The translations under genes were made by a program, and so were the position numbers. Of a DNA stretch of 49,721 bases, positions 1 to 7,943 are shown one piece after another. Source of the DNA: an uncultured Oscillospiraceae bacterium. GTDB lineage: Bacteria > Bacillota > Clostridia > Oscillospirales > Oscillospiraceae. Each line of letters opens with the position of its first letter. Positions within the stretch are counted from its first letter, which is position 1. Where the stretch lies: contig CAZFGL010000002.1 in assembly GCA_964518645.1 (NCBI GenBank), positions 1 through 49,721 on the forward strand. Direction: 5' to 3'. The notes beneath the pieces were generated by a model. It did no database searches. It was not told the DNA's origin and was given only the letters and a program-made list of their open reading frames with translations.

Positions 1-502
1 AGAACATATTGCCGGTGGCTTGCAGGATTTTTTCCAGCATGGTCACAACAAACTGTCCGAAAGAAAAAACACAGCAAATGGAGAGATACTGTTCCCCCAT
101 GCAGATAATTTCCGGATCGGACTCAAACAGCCGAAAGAACGGCGTGGTGAAAAATGCGCCAAAGACAGCGAACACCAGCCATGTCATGATACTCAGCATC
201 ACGCCATGCGTTGCAGCTGATTCTGCTTCCTCCCTGCGACCTGCTCCAAGCCGTCGTGACATTAAGGATGTCACACCGGCTGCTGTACCCACTGCAAAAG
301 CGATCAGCAGATTTTGAATAGGATAGGCAAGCGACAGTGCGGATACCGCTTTCTCGCTGACCTGTGCCACAAAGTAACTGTCCACAATGTTATAAAGTGC
401 CTGAATCAGCATAGAAAACATGGCAGGCAGTGACATGGACAGAATCAGAGGGAACATCTTCGCTGTTCCCATACGGTTTTCTTTTTGTGTTTCTATTGGC
501 AT
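1..502 (-). CDS. MATE family efflux transporter, N-terminal part (gene continues past the left window edge)
   Basis: Absent from the ORF track because there is no in-window stop. My translation of the minus strand from ATG 502..500 gives MPIETQKENRMGTAKMFPLILSMSLPAMFSMLIQALYNIVDSYFVAQVSEKAVSALSLAYPIQNLLIAFAVGTAAGVTSLMSRRLGAG..., a typical MATE/NorM-type N-terminus. The ATG lies 1 nt after the stop of the MarR gene, so the two are operonic. Confidence 0.8.
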   Translation of the reverse strand, partial: MPIETQKENRMGTAKMFPLILSMSLPAMFSMLIQALYNIVDSYFVAQVSEKAVSALSLAYPIQNLLIAFAVGTAAGVTSLMSRRLGAGRREEAESAATHGVMLSIMTWLVFAVFGAFFTTPFFRLFESDPEIICMGEQYLSICCVFSFGQFVVTMLEKILQATGNMF

Positions 503-503
503 T

Positions 504-935
504 TTATTGATTCTCACTTTCTATTTTCAAAAGCTTTTGAAGAAGCTTTTGTAACTCTTTTCTTTCCTGTTCTGATAAATGTTCAACCCAGGTATGGTCG
601 ATTTGCGCAACAACTGTTTCAAGCTCCGATTGCATACGTTTCGCTTTTGGGGTTAATGAAATCAGCTTGCTTCTTGCATCTTTGGGATTCACGATTTTTA
701 AAACAAATTCTTTCTTTTCCAGACTTTCCAGCAACCCCAAAACCGTAGGGTGCGTAATTGCACACTCCTTTTCTATATCTACGATTCTTGCACTTTGGTT
801 TTGCTGCATAAACAAAAATTTTAAAACTCTGCATTGGGATGCTGTCAAATCGTAGTCTGCCAAAATCGGATTTGCCATTTTGTCAAATTCAATCGATGCC
901 GTTTTTATTAAAACCGCTATCCTGTCACCGTTCAT
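504..935 (-). CDS. MarR family transcriptional regulator
   Basis: 143-aa ORF. The winged-helix core LTASQCRVLKFLFMQQNQSARIVDIEKECAITHPTVLGLLESLEKKEFV...DARSKLISLT fits the MarR pattern. A GGGAGG RBS precedes ATG 935, and the gene directly precedes a MATE pump. Confidence 0.9.
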   Translation of the reverse strand: MNGDRIAVLIKTASIEFDKMANPILADYDLTASQCRVLKFLFMQQNQSARIVDIEKECAITHPTVLGLLESLEKKEFVLKIVNPKDARSKLISLTPKAKRMQSELETVVAQIDHTWVEHLSEQERKELQKLLQKLLKIESENQ

Positions 936-968
936 AATTTCCTCCCGTTTTTTCGTAGCTTCCTACCA

Positions 969-1000
969 ATTATGCATCAATAATCACTGTTTGTCAACAG
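969..1000 (-). promoter_or_regulatory. Putative sigma70-type promoter of marR-MATE with overlapping inverted repeat (candidate MarR operator)
   Basis: The minus strand reads TTGACA (997..992), a 17-nt spacer, then CATAAT (974..969). The -35 lies inside the inverted repeat CTGTT-N4-AACAG (987..1000). Motif match only. Confidence 0.35.
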
Positions 1001-1124
1001 AGACCTCTCCGCACGCAGAAAGGAGCAATTGCAAAAGGTCAGAGAAAAAACGAGATAACAGGTATCGAATTTTGCAACCGGACGAAAGCCGAAAAAGGTG
1101 GCAGGTAAGAATTCAGCTATAACG

Positions 1125-1165
1125 CAAAAAACCTGCTGCACTCGAAAGCACAGCAGGTTTTTTTA
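1125..1165 (-). terminator. Rho-independent terminator downstream of radC (A-run/T-run on both sides, could act bidirectionally)
   Basis: 8-bp stem ACCTGCTG (1131..1138) / CAGCAGGT (1151..1158) with a 12-nt loop. It is flanked by AAAAAA (1125..1130) and TTTTTTT (1158..1164), immediately after the radC stop at 1166. Confidence 0.75.
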
Positions 1166-1855
1166 TTACAATAATCCGCTCTCCGCCATGGAGACATAAT
1201 CCCCATCGGCCACAACAATGTGATCGGCAAGAGCCACTCCCACCAGATCCAGCGCATGGGAGATGGAATTGGTAGTTTGAATGTCCTCCTGTGAGGGCAC
1301 AGCGATCCCGCTGGTGTGGTTGTGGGCGATCACTACACTTGTCGCCTTCAGCTTCAGCGCCTCCTCCACGATCCGCCGAACGCTGAGGTGAGCATAGTTG
1401 ATGGTGCCGGTGAAAATGTTGACACAGCCCAGACTTTTGCATTTGGCATCCAGCGCCAGAAGATAGATCATCTCATCCGTGGCCCCGTAGAAATAGGGCA
1501 GGAGAAAATCTCCGCATTTCCGGGTGCTGTCCAGGGGTGCGGTTGCATCGTTCCGGGACAGCTGCTGCCGCCGTGCCACCTCGGGGATCAACTTCAGCAG
1601 AATCGCCGCATTTTCCGTCAGTCCACCCTGCTTCATCAGTTCCTCCACAGAGGCATCCATCACCCGGGAGAGGGATCCGAACTGACTCAGCAACCGGTGG
1701 GCGATGGGGTTGGTGTCCTGCCGGGGGATGGCATAAAACAATGCCAGCTCCAGCACGTTGATCTCATTCATGGAATCCAGCCCGTGCATAAGAAACTGCT
1801 GCTTCAACCGCTGCCGATGGCCGCTGTGAATGGGCTTTTTGCCGTCAGTGGGCAT
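1166..1855 (-). CDS. radC: RadC-like JAB-domain protein (UPF0758 family)
   Basis: 229 aa. N-terminal HhH-like region (GHRQRLKQQF...LELALFYAIPRQDTNPIAHRLL..FGSL..V..AS.EEL) and a C-terminal JAMM-like motif (VVIAHNHTSG...PSQEDI..T). Its ATG overlaps the pyrE stop (TAATG at 1853..1857). Confidence 0.85.
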   Translation of the reverse strand: MPTDGKKPIHSGHRQRLKQQFLMHGLDSMNEINVLELALFYAIPRQDTNPIAHRLLSQFGSLSRVMDASVEELMKQGGLTENAAILLKLIPEVARRQQLSRNDATAPLDSTRKCGDFLLPYFYGATDEMIYLLALDAKCKSLGCVNIFTGTINYAHLSVRRIVEEALKLKATSVVIAHNHTSGIAVPSQEDIQTTNSISHALDLVGVALADHIVVADGDYVSMAESGLL

Positions 1856-2535
1856 TATTTTGCAGCACCGTATTCTGCAAGGTATGCTTCCATCCGGGCC
1901 TTCATGGCATCATCAATGTACACCTTGCCGTCAACGGGACGATTGTGGAGGAAATCAATGATCTGACGAACCGTTACAATGGGATACACTGCAATTCCGT
2001 AATCCTCCCGAAGTTCGTCCAGCGCAGACTTCTCCCCTGCGCCCCGCTCCATGCGGTCAACGGAGACAAACAGTGCATTGATCTTAACGTCAGCAATGGT
2101 TTTAAACAGGGCAATGGTCTCCCGGACAGCGGTGCCGGCAGTAACCACGTCCTCAACAATGGCGATACGGTCTCCGTCAGAGATCTTCGCACCCACCAGA
2201 TTGCCGCCCTCACCGTGATCCTTGGCTTCCTTCCGGTTGAAGGCATAGGGGTAATCCAGATTGTGATTCCGGTACAGGCTGGCCGCCGCAGTAACCACCA
2301 GAGGGATGCCCTTGTAAGCAGGGCCAAACAGCACGTCTGCACCACCGGCCTCATCCAGATGCTCCTGAATGCAGGCAGCATAGTAGGTTCCCAGAGCGTC
2401 TGCCTGTGCGCCGGTTTTGTAGTTGCCCGTATTGATAAAATAGGGGGTTTTACGGCCGGATTTGGTGGTAAAGTCCCCGAAGGTCAGCACGCCGGAGCGC
2501 ACCATGAAAAGGATAAATTCTTCCTGATAAGTCAT
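1855..2535 (-). CDS. pyrE: Orotate phosphoribosyltransferase
   Basis: 226 aa. FGDFTTKSGRKTPYFIN..., PAYKGIPL and the PRPP-binding loop IAIVEDVVTAGTAVRET. AGGAGG RBS before ATG 2535. Confidence 0.9.
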   Translation of the reverse strand: MTYQEEFILFMVRSGVLTFGDFTTKSGRKTPYFINTGNYKTGAQADALGTYYAACIQEHLDEAGGADVLFGPAYKGIPLVVTAAASLYRNHNLDYPYAFNRKEAKDHGEGGNLVGAKISDGDRIAIVEDVVTAGTAVRETIALFKTIADVKINALFVSVDRMERGAGEKSALDELREDYGIAVYPIVTVRQIIDFLHNRPVDGKVYIDDAMKARMEAYLAEYGAAK

Positions 2536-2564
2536 AACGGCCTCCTGAATATGAATTTTTCGAT

Positions 2565-2592
2565 ATTATAGCACAAAAAACAGCCCGGTAAA
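2565..2592 (-). promoter_or_regulatory. Putative promoter of pyrE-radC
   Basis: The minus strand reads TTTACC (2592..2587), a 16-nt spacer, then TATAAT (2570..2565), about 30 nt upstream of the pyrE ATG. Motif match only. Confidence 0.4.
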
Positions 2593-2604
2593 AGCGTAAT
2601 ATGG

Positions 2605-2640
2605 AAAAAGACCATGCATTTTTCCTGCATGGTCTTTTTG
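2605..2640 (-). terminator. Rho-independent terminator of the MATE gene 2642..4018
   Basis: Arms AAAGACCATGCA (2607..2618) / TGCATGGTCTTT (2626..2637) with a 7-nt loop and a T-run on the minus strand. It begins 2 nt after the stop at 2642. Confidence 0.8.
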
Positions 2641-2641
2641 T

Positions 2642-4018
2642 TTATGTTGTCATCTGGTTTTCTTCGTTTTTCAGCAGCAGCTGACGTTTCTTCCAGCGCC
2701 CGGAGTAGTAGTATGCCCCCGCCATTATGGTCGTCACAAATCCAGCCAGTGCGTTGCCCAGCCAGTAGCCATCCAGATCCATGAACTTGCCCAGAAGCAT
2801 GCACAGACCGATACGGGCCACAACACCGTCCATTACGGAGATCACCAGTCCCAGCATGGCGGCACCTACACCGTCCAGCACACAGTAGGGAGCCGTCATG
2901 GAGCACATGGACAGCAGCCAGACCACCGCAATCCGCATATACCGGGGTGCCATGGCGATCACAGGCTCTTCGCCGGAGAACAGGGCAAAGATCTGCTCAG
3001 AGAACACCAGATATGCACCGCCCAGTACCACGAAAAAGACCATACACATGGTCGTAACTGCCCGGTAGCAGGACTTCACTCGGTCATGCTTGCCCGCACC
3101 AAAGCACTGCCCCACCATGGTTGCGCCGGAGACAGACATGGCACCAACCACGATGTTCACAATGGAGTTGAGCTTATTGCCAATGGCATCCACTGCAGAT
3201 TCCACCACGCCGTACTGATTCACCATGGCGTTGACATACATCATGGAGCAGGTAATCAGCAGGCACTGGGCGATATAGGGAATACCCAGCTTGGAAATGG
3301 GGATCAGGTGTTTTTTCGAGGGCTTAAAGCTTTTCAGTTTGAAGTCAAATCCAAAGCGCTGCCGGTTTTTGTACAGATAAACCACGGAGATCAGGAAGGA
3401 GACACCCTGGGCAATTACCGTTGCCAGAGCTGCACCGGCAGCGTTCATGCCGAAGCCCTTCACCAAGACCACGTCCAGCACCAGATTCACCACGGAAGCA
3501 ATGGCAATAAACAACATGGGCAGCTTACTTTCTCCCATGCCCCGCAGGATGCCACACACCGCATTATAGCCATAGATAAACACCATACCGCAGCAGCAGA
3601 TGACGGTATAACGCTTTGCCTCATCCAGTGCTTCCATCGGTGTGTTCATCAGCGCCAGAACCGGGTCACAGCACAGAATCCCCAATGCGCCGAAAACCAC
3701 AGCCAGGATTATTTCCATGGAAAACAGGGTGCCGATGGTCGGCTGCAGGTTTTTATCCTGCGCACCCACCTGCTGAGAGATCAGCACCTGGGCGCCGTAG
3801 CTGAACCCCATGCCTACAGACAGGAACAGGTTCAGAATCTGTCCACCAATGCCCACTGCGGAAAGGCCGTGGGAACCAACGACCTGCCCAACCACCACCA
3901 TGTCCACCATGGAATAGACCGCCTGAAGGGCATTCGCCAGTGCCACAGGAATGGCAAACGCAACCAGTCGCCGGAGCACAGGGCCTGTTGTCAGATCCTT
4001 TGCAATTGCATCAGACAT
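2642..4018 (-). CDS. MATE family efflux transporter
   Basis: 458 aa and polytopic. The N-terminus has the MATE pattern (GPVLRRLVAFAIPVALANALQAVYSMVDMVVVGQ). GGAGG RBS. Confidence 0.9.
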   Translation of the reverse strand: MSDAIAKDLTTGPVLRRLVAFAIPVALANALQAVYSMVDMVVVGQVVGSHGLSAVGIGGQILNLFLSVGMGFSYGAQVLISQQVGAQDKNLQPTIGTLFSMEIILAVVFGALGILCCDPVLALMNTPMEALDEAKRYTVICCCGMVFIYGYNAVCGILRGMGESKLPMLFIAIASVVNLVLDVVLVKGFGMNAAGAALATVIAQGVSFLISVVYLYKNRQRFGFDFKLKSFKPSKKHLIPISKLGIPYIAQCLLITCSMMYVNAMVNQYGVVESAVDAIGNKLNSIVNIVVGAMSVSGATMVGQCFGAGKHDRVKSCYRAVTTMCMVFFVVLGGAYLVFSEQIFALFSGEEPVIAMAPRYMRIAVVWLLSMCSMTAPYCVLDGVGAAMLGLVISVMDGVVARIGLCMLLGKFMDLDGYWLGNALAGFVTTIMAGAYYYSGRWKKRQLLLKNEENQMTT

Positions 4019-4105
4019 AATAACCTCCTAATAATTCGTTTGCAAAACATTTGAATTATACAGGAGATTTCCTTATAAAGCAAGGCTTTTTCACAGAACT
4101 CCCCT

Positions 4106-4146
4106 GCAAAAAACACGAACCCGCCGAAACGGATTCGTGTTTTTCA
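4106..4146 (-). terminator. Rho-independent terminator downstream of solute-binding protein 1
   Basis: Stem ACACGAA (4113..4119) / TTCGTGT (4134..4140) plus inner CCG/CGG pairs. A-run 4108..4112 and T-run 4140..4144 flank it, just after the stop at 4154. Confidence 0.7.
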
Positions 4147-4153
4147 AAAAGTC

Positions 4154-5878
4154 TTACTTGGCAAGATAGCGATCCAGCGCATTCTGCTGCTGCTGGATGC
4201 AGGTGTCGATTCCCATGGACTTGATGTTTGCCACATACTCGTCCCAGATGGAGATATCCTCCTCACCCATGATGATCTGGAGGGTGATCTGAGAGACATA
4301 GGTGGAAATATCGTCATACACTGCGCTGAAGGTGGTGGATTCATCGGTGTTCATGCTGGCACCGGTGGGGATGGAGTAGGCATCGTCTGCCATAGACCAG
4401 ATCTCGCCAGCCTCCCACTGTGCATCGGTGAACTCCGCATACATCCGGTAGGGATCCTCCACACCGATCAGGCTGAAGGTGGTGTACTTGGTCAGAGCCA
4501 GCATGGTGGGCATATCCGGGTTGTGCAGGATCAGGTCGCCCAGCTTGGGCTCCCCGTTTTCGTCAAAGTCAAAGGTCTCACCCTCCACGCCGTAGTTGGA
4601 GAGGATCTGGCCTTCCTCGGAGTATACGAAGTCCGCCCAGCGGGCAGCGATCTCCGGATGCTCACAGGCCGTGGAAATACAGTAGCCACCGGCGGCAGAG
4701 GGGCCGCGGTCAGTCCCGAAATGGGTAATATCGCCCTTGACCTCCACAGGGTCATAAGCGCCCACCAGATTCAGGGTGCTGTTTTCGCCTACAACAGAAT
4801 TGTAGCGCTCGGAAATATCGGTGATATTGGCACCAAACACGCCCATCTGATCTCCGGTCACGAGATCATCGGGAGGCATGGTGTTGCTCTCGGTATGGGA
4901 GATAAAATCCTTGTAAATCAGGCCCTCGGAATACCACTTTGCCATGGTTTCCAGGTACTTCTTATACCCCTCTTCCATGGGGCCGTATTTTACTTCGCCC
5001 TCAACCTGATACAGGGGCTTTGCATTGTTCACCAGAGAACCGTTGATGCCAAAGCCGGAGGCAAAGAAATTGCCCTGATAGCTGCCGCAGTTGCTGAGCA
5101 TCATGGGTGCGGAGGCACCCATGTCGTTTTTGAATGCGGTAAGTACATCATAGTATTCATCATAGGTCTGGGGACGCTCCATACCCAATTCATCCAGCCA
5201 GTCCTGCCGGATCAGCAGACCATAGTCTGGGAAACCGGGGTCATGCTTCAAAATCATAAACTGATAGCGGTTGCCCATATCGGAAACGGAATCCACAAGG
5301 AACTCGTCCTCGCTGTACAGAGCAGCCTTATAATTGGGCATCCAGGTGTCAATGAGATCATCAATGGCGATAATGACCTCGTCCTCCCATGCGGTATCCA
5401 GGCCGCCCACATAGTTGGTGTCCACATCGTGGATCAGATCCCGGTAATCACCGGTGGCAACCATCAGATTGAACTGCTCTGCCGCCATCTCCGCATTGAC
5501 CAGAGTAAACTCGGTCTTGATGCCGGTGATTCTCTCCATTTCCTGGAAGAACATGGTGTCGGAGTAGCTTTCAAAGAATGCAGAGAAGAAGGGGAACCAG
5601 CCGTCCCAGATGGTCAGGACAGTCTCTTCCTCGGCAATGGGCCATACGCCTGCATTTTCATCGAAGGTGTCCTCATAGGGCGGTTCTTCCTCAGCGACGG
5701 ATTCCTCCGCTGTGGAGACCTCAACTGCTTCTACAGTCTCCTGCTCCACCGCAGGCGCTTCAGATGCCTGGGTTTCCGTTCCGGACGCAGACTGGGCAGA
5801 CTGAGCCGTGCCACCGCAGGCACACAGGCTCAGAAGCATCACCGCCACAAGGAGCAATGCCATAAGCTTTGTTTTCAT
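4154..5878 (-). CDS. Large extracellular solute-binding lipoprotein (ABC family-1 / LplA-like), paralog 1 of 4
   Basis: Track ORF 4154..5896. The TTG at 5896 lies within the RBS (AGAGGGA). ATG 5878 gives MKTKLMALLLVAVMLLSLCACGG, a signal peptide plus lipobox. An acidic S/E/A-rich linker follows, then an SBP core with the motif MAKWYSEGLIYKDF shared by all four paralogs. Confidence 0.85.
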   Translation of the reverse strand: MKTKLMALLLVAVMLLSLCACGGTAQSAQSASGTETQASEAPAVEQETVEAVEVSTAEESVAEEEPPYEDTFDENAGVWPIAEEETVLTIWDGWFPFFSAFFESYSDTMFFQEMERITGIKTEFTLVNAEMAAEQFNLMVATGDYRDLIHDVDTNYVGGLDTAWEDEVIIAIDDLIDTWMPNYKAALYSEDEFLVDSVSDMGNRYQFMILKHDPGFPDYGLLIRQDWLDELGMERPQTYDEYYDVLTAFKNDMGASAPMMLSNCGSYQGNFFASGFGINGSLVNNAKPLYQVEGEVKYGPMEEGYKKYLETMAKWYSEGLIYKDFISHTESNTMPPDDLVTGDQMGVFGANITDISERYNSVVGENSTLNLVGAYDPVEVKGDITHFGTDRGPSAAGGYCISTACEHPEIAARWADFVYSEEGQILSNYGVEGETFDFDENGEPKLGDLILHNPDMPTMLALTKYTTFSLIGVEDPYRMYAEFTDAQWEAGEIWSMADDAYSIPTGASMNTDESTTFSAVYDDISTYVSQITLQIIMGEEDISIWDEYVANIKSMGIDTCIQQQQNALDRYLAK

Positions 5879-5936
5879 ATTTATCCCTCTTTTCAAGTCG
5901 TTTCAGGGTTTCCGGTTTCACAGAATCCCTGATTGT

Positions 5937-5965
5937 ATCATACCCTTTCTTTTATCTTCGGCCAA
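5937..5965 (-). promoter_or_regulatory. Putative promoter of solute-binding protein 1
   Basis: The minus strand reads TTGGCC (5965..5960), a 17-nt spacer, then TATGAT (5942..5937). It lies between the upstream terminator (6019..6058) and the gene. Motif match only. Confidence 0.3.
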
Positions 5966-6018
5966 GTATCTAATATAGTAAAATGATCATTTTGTGTGGT
6001 CTTGTTACAACTTTTTCG

Positions 6019-6058
6019 TAAAAAGAAGCAGCACACTGCCGTGTACTGCTTCCTCTTT
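6019..6058 (-). terminator. Rho-independent terminator downstream of solute-binding protein 2
   Basis: 12-bp stem with one mismatch, GAAGCAGCACAC (6025..6036) / GTGTACTGCTTC (6041..6052), and a 4-nt loop. The A-run 6020..6024 gives a U-run on the minus strand. Confidence 0.75.
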
Positions 6059-6090
6059 TTCCGGCTTTCACCGGAACACATGTTCAGAAT

Positions 6091-7845
6091 TTACTTTGCG
6101 CCGTGGAACTCGTCATACAGTTCCTGCACACCCGTAAGCCGGTCGGCATACTGATCTACACCCAGCTGACCCAGTTCCATAAACCGCTGAAGGCCACAGC
6201 CCTCCAGCTGATCCAGGAACTCCTGCCAGTCTGTATCCAGATCCTTGTCACCCACAATGAACTTCACCACATATTCCTGATAAACGGTGCTGATGTCCAC
6301 CTGTGCGGTGTAATACTCCGTGGCCTGATCCGTGGTCATGGTAGAAAGAGCCGCTGCGTCTCTGGTGGTCGTCCAAAGCTCTGCCGCCTCCAGCTGGGCT
6401 TCGGAGTAGGATGCCAGATACCGTTCGTTATTGTACAGGAAGGGGCCGTCCTTAAAGAAGTAATAGGTCATCATAATATTGGCGCCCAGATTGTACTCAT
6501 CCTGGGTGATCAGTTCGGTAAACACATGCTTACCGCCATCATCCAGCGTATAGGTCTCCCCTTCGATGCCCCAGTTACAGAAATCGTAGCCATCTTCCGT
6601 ATAGAATTCGTTGAACACTGCACAGAGGGTACCAATGTCCTCACAGGCAGTGGTCACGGAGAATGCACCCATACCGTCTACGCCGCTGTTGTTGGGTGCC
6701 TTGCCGAACTTCTGCTCGTCCCCATGATTCAGCACAGGCCAGGTGATGGGAGAAATGACCGCCTCGGGGACTGTCCCGGTGAGCACATCCTGCTGTGCCT
6801 CCATATAGGACACATAGGTAAAGTATACACCCACATCCCCTGCGGTAATCAGGCTGTTATCCGGGTAATCCGTACCGCCCTGGCTGAGGAAGTCAGGGTA
6901 GATCAGCCCCTCCTGATACCACTGGTGCATCATGGTAAGGTAATCCTTGAAGCCGTCCTCCTTTACGGAGAACTTGAAGGTTCCGTCCTCTACCCAGGTG
7001 GGGAAGCCCGCACCGCCGGCATACTCCGCCACGCCGTAACCACCGGACAGATCTCCGGGAACGCCGCCATAGGCAGTGATCCACAGGGTGGCGTCAAATT
7101 CTTCTTTGAATTTTACCAGCACGTCATGGAGCTCATCATAGGTCTCCGGTGCTTCCAGCCCCAGCTTGTCCAGATAATCCTGACGGATCACCGGGCCGTA
7201 GTCTGCCCGGGCTGCCGGGTCGTTGATGCCATAAAAGGCGGTCAGATTATACTCTGTGGAATATGCCGCCGCCACATTGTTCACATCCTGGAACAGGGTG
7301 TTCATATAATCAGGCATATACTCGGCATATTCTGCAATGTTGGTAAGTACCTCTTCCTCCACAGCGCCGTCCACGCCGCCGGAATAGCTGAGGCTGCCTA
7401 CGATAATGTCGGTGTAATCACCGGAGGCGATCATCAGGTTCTGCTTATCCGTGGAATCCAGGAACGAATACAGATCCACCGTAATGTCTGCACCGGTACG
7501 CTCCTCCAGCCATTTGGCCCAGCCCAGTTCGCTGCCGTCATCGGAAATCAGTGCAGAACCGGTCAGGGACGGGGTCGTGGACATGCTGACGGATATGGGG
7601 AACGCCTCTTCCAGCGGAAAATCCACCAGATGGACGATCTCCGGGGGAGCGGTCTCCTCTTCCGCAAGGGACACCTCAGATCCCTCCTCCACTGTCTCAG
7701 GGGCAGTGGTCTCCGGAAGGGTGCTTTCCGGCACACTGGCGCTTACGGTGCCGGATGCCTGCACCGATTCATTCCCGCCGCAGGCGGAAAACAGGGTCAC
7801 CAGCATGGTCAGTACCAGCAATACGGCCAGGTGTTTCTTTTTCAT
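6091..7845 (-). CDS. Large extracellular solute-binding lipoprotein, paralog 2 of 4
   Basis: Track ORF 6091..8043 is over-extended. The internal ATG at 7845, preceded by AAGGAGGAAG, gives MKKKHLAVLLVLTMLVTLFSACGG (signal peptide plus lipobox). The core contains MHQWYQEGLIYPDF. The extension would overlap the upstream gene and its hairpin. Confidence 0.85.
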   Translation of the reverse strand: MKKKHLAVLLVLTMLVTLFSACGGNESVQASGTVSASVPESTLPETTAPETVEEGSEVSLAEEETAPPEIVHLVDFPLEEAFPISVSMSTTPSLTGSALISDDGSELGWAKWLEERTGADITVDLYSFLDSTDKQNLMIASGDYTDIIVGSLSYSGGVDGAVEEEVLTNIAEYAEYMPDYMNTLFQDVNNVAAAYSTEYNLTAFYGINDPAARADYGPVIRQDYLDKLGLEAPETYDELHDVLVKFKEEFDATLWITAYGGVPGDLSGGYGVAEYAGGAGFPTWVEDGTFKFSVKEDGFKDYLTMMHQWYQEGLIYPDFLSQGGTDYPDNSLITAGDVGVYFTYVSYMEAQQDVLTGTVPEAVISPITWPVLNHGDEQKFGKAPNNSGVDGMGAFSVTTACEDIGTLCAVFNEFYTEDGYDFCNWGIEGETYTLDDGGKHVFTELITQDEYNLGANIMMTYYFFKDGPFLYNNERYLASYSEAQLEAAELWTTTRDAAALSTMTTDQATEYYTAQVDISTVYQEYVVKFIVGDKDLDTDWQEFLDQLEGCGLQRFMELGQLGVDQYADRLTGVQELYDEFHGAK

Positions 7846-7901
7846 ACAACTTCCTCCTTTAATTTGTGGTCTGCTAAGGAAGCTGCAAGTTTGATACCAG
7901 A

Positions 7902-7936
7902 ACGCTGGCATTCCGGAAATTCCGAAATGCCAGCGT
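7902..7936 (-). promoter_or_regulatory. Strong intercistronic stem-loop between oxidoreductase and SBP2 (attenuator or mRNA-stabiliser; no clear U-run)
   Basis: ACGCTGGCATT (7902..7912) pairs with AATGCCAGCGT (7926..7936). Four further inner pairs CGGA/TCCG follow. Confidence 0.5.
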
Positions 7937-7943
7937 GTTGGTT

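Noticed and set aside
1166-1855. RadC as a marker of a prophage or mobile element
   Set aside because: It is translationally coupled to housekeeping pyrE and has native GC composition. No integrase, recombinase or phage genes are adjacent.
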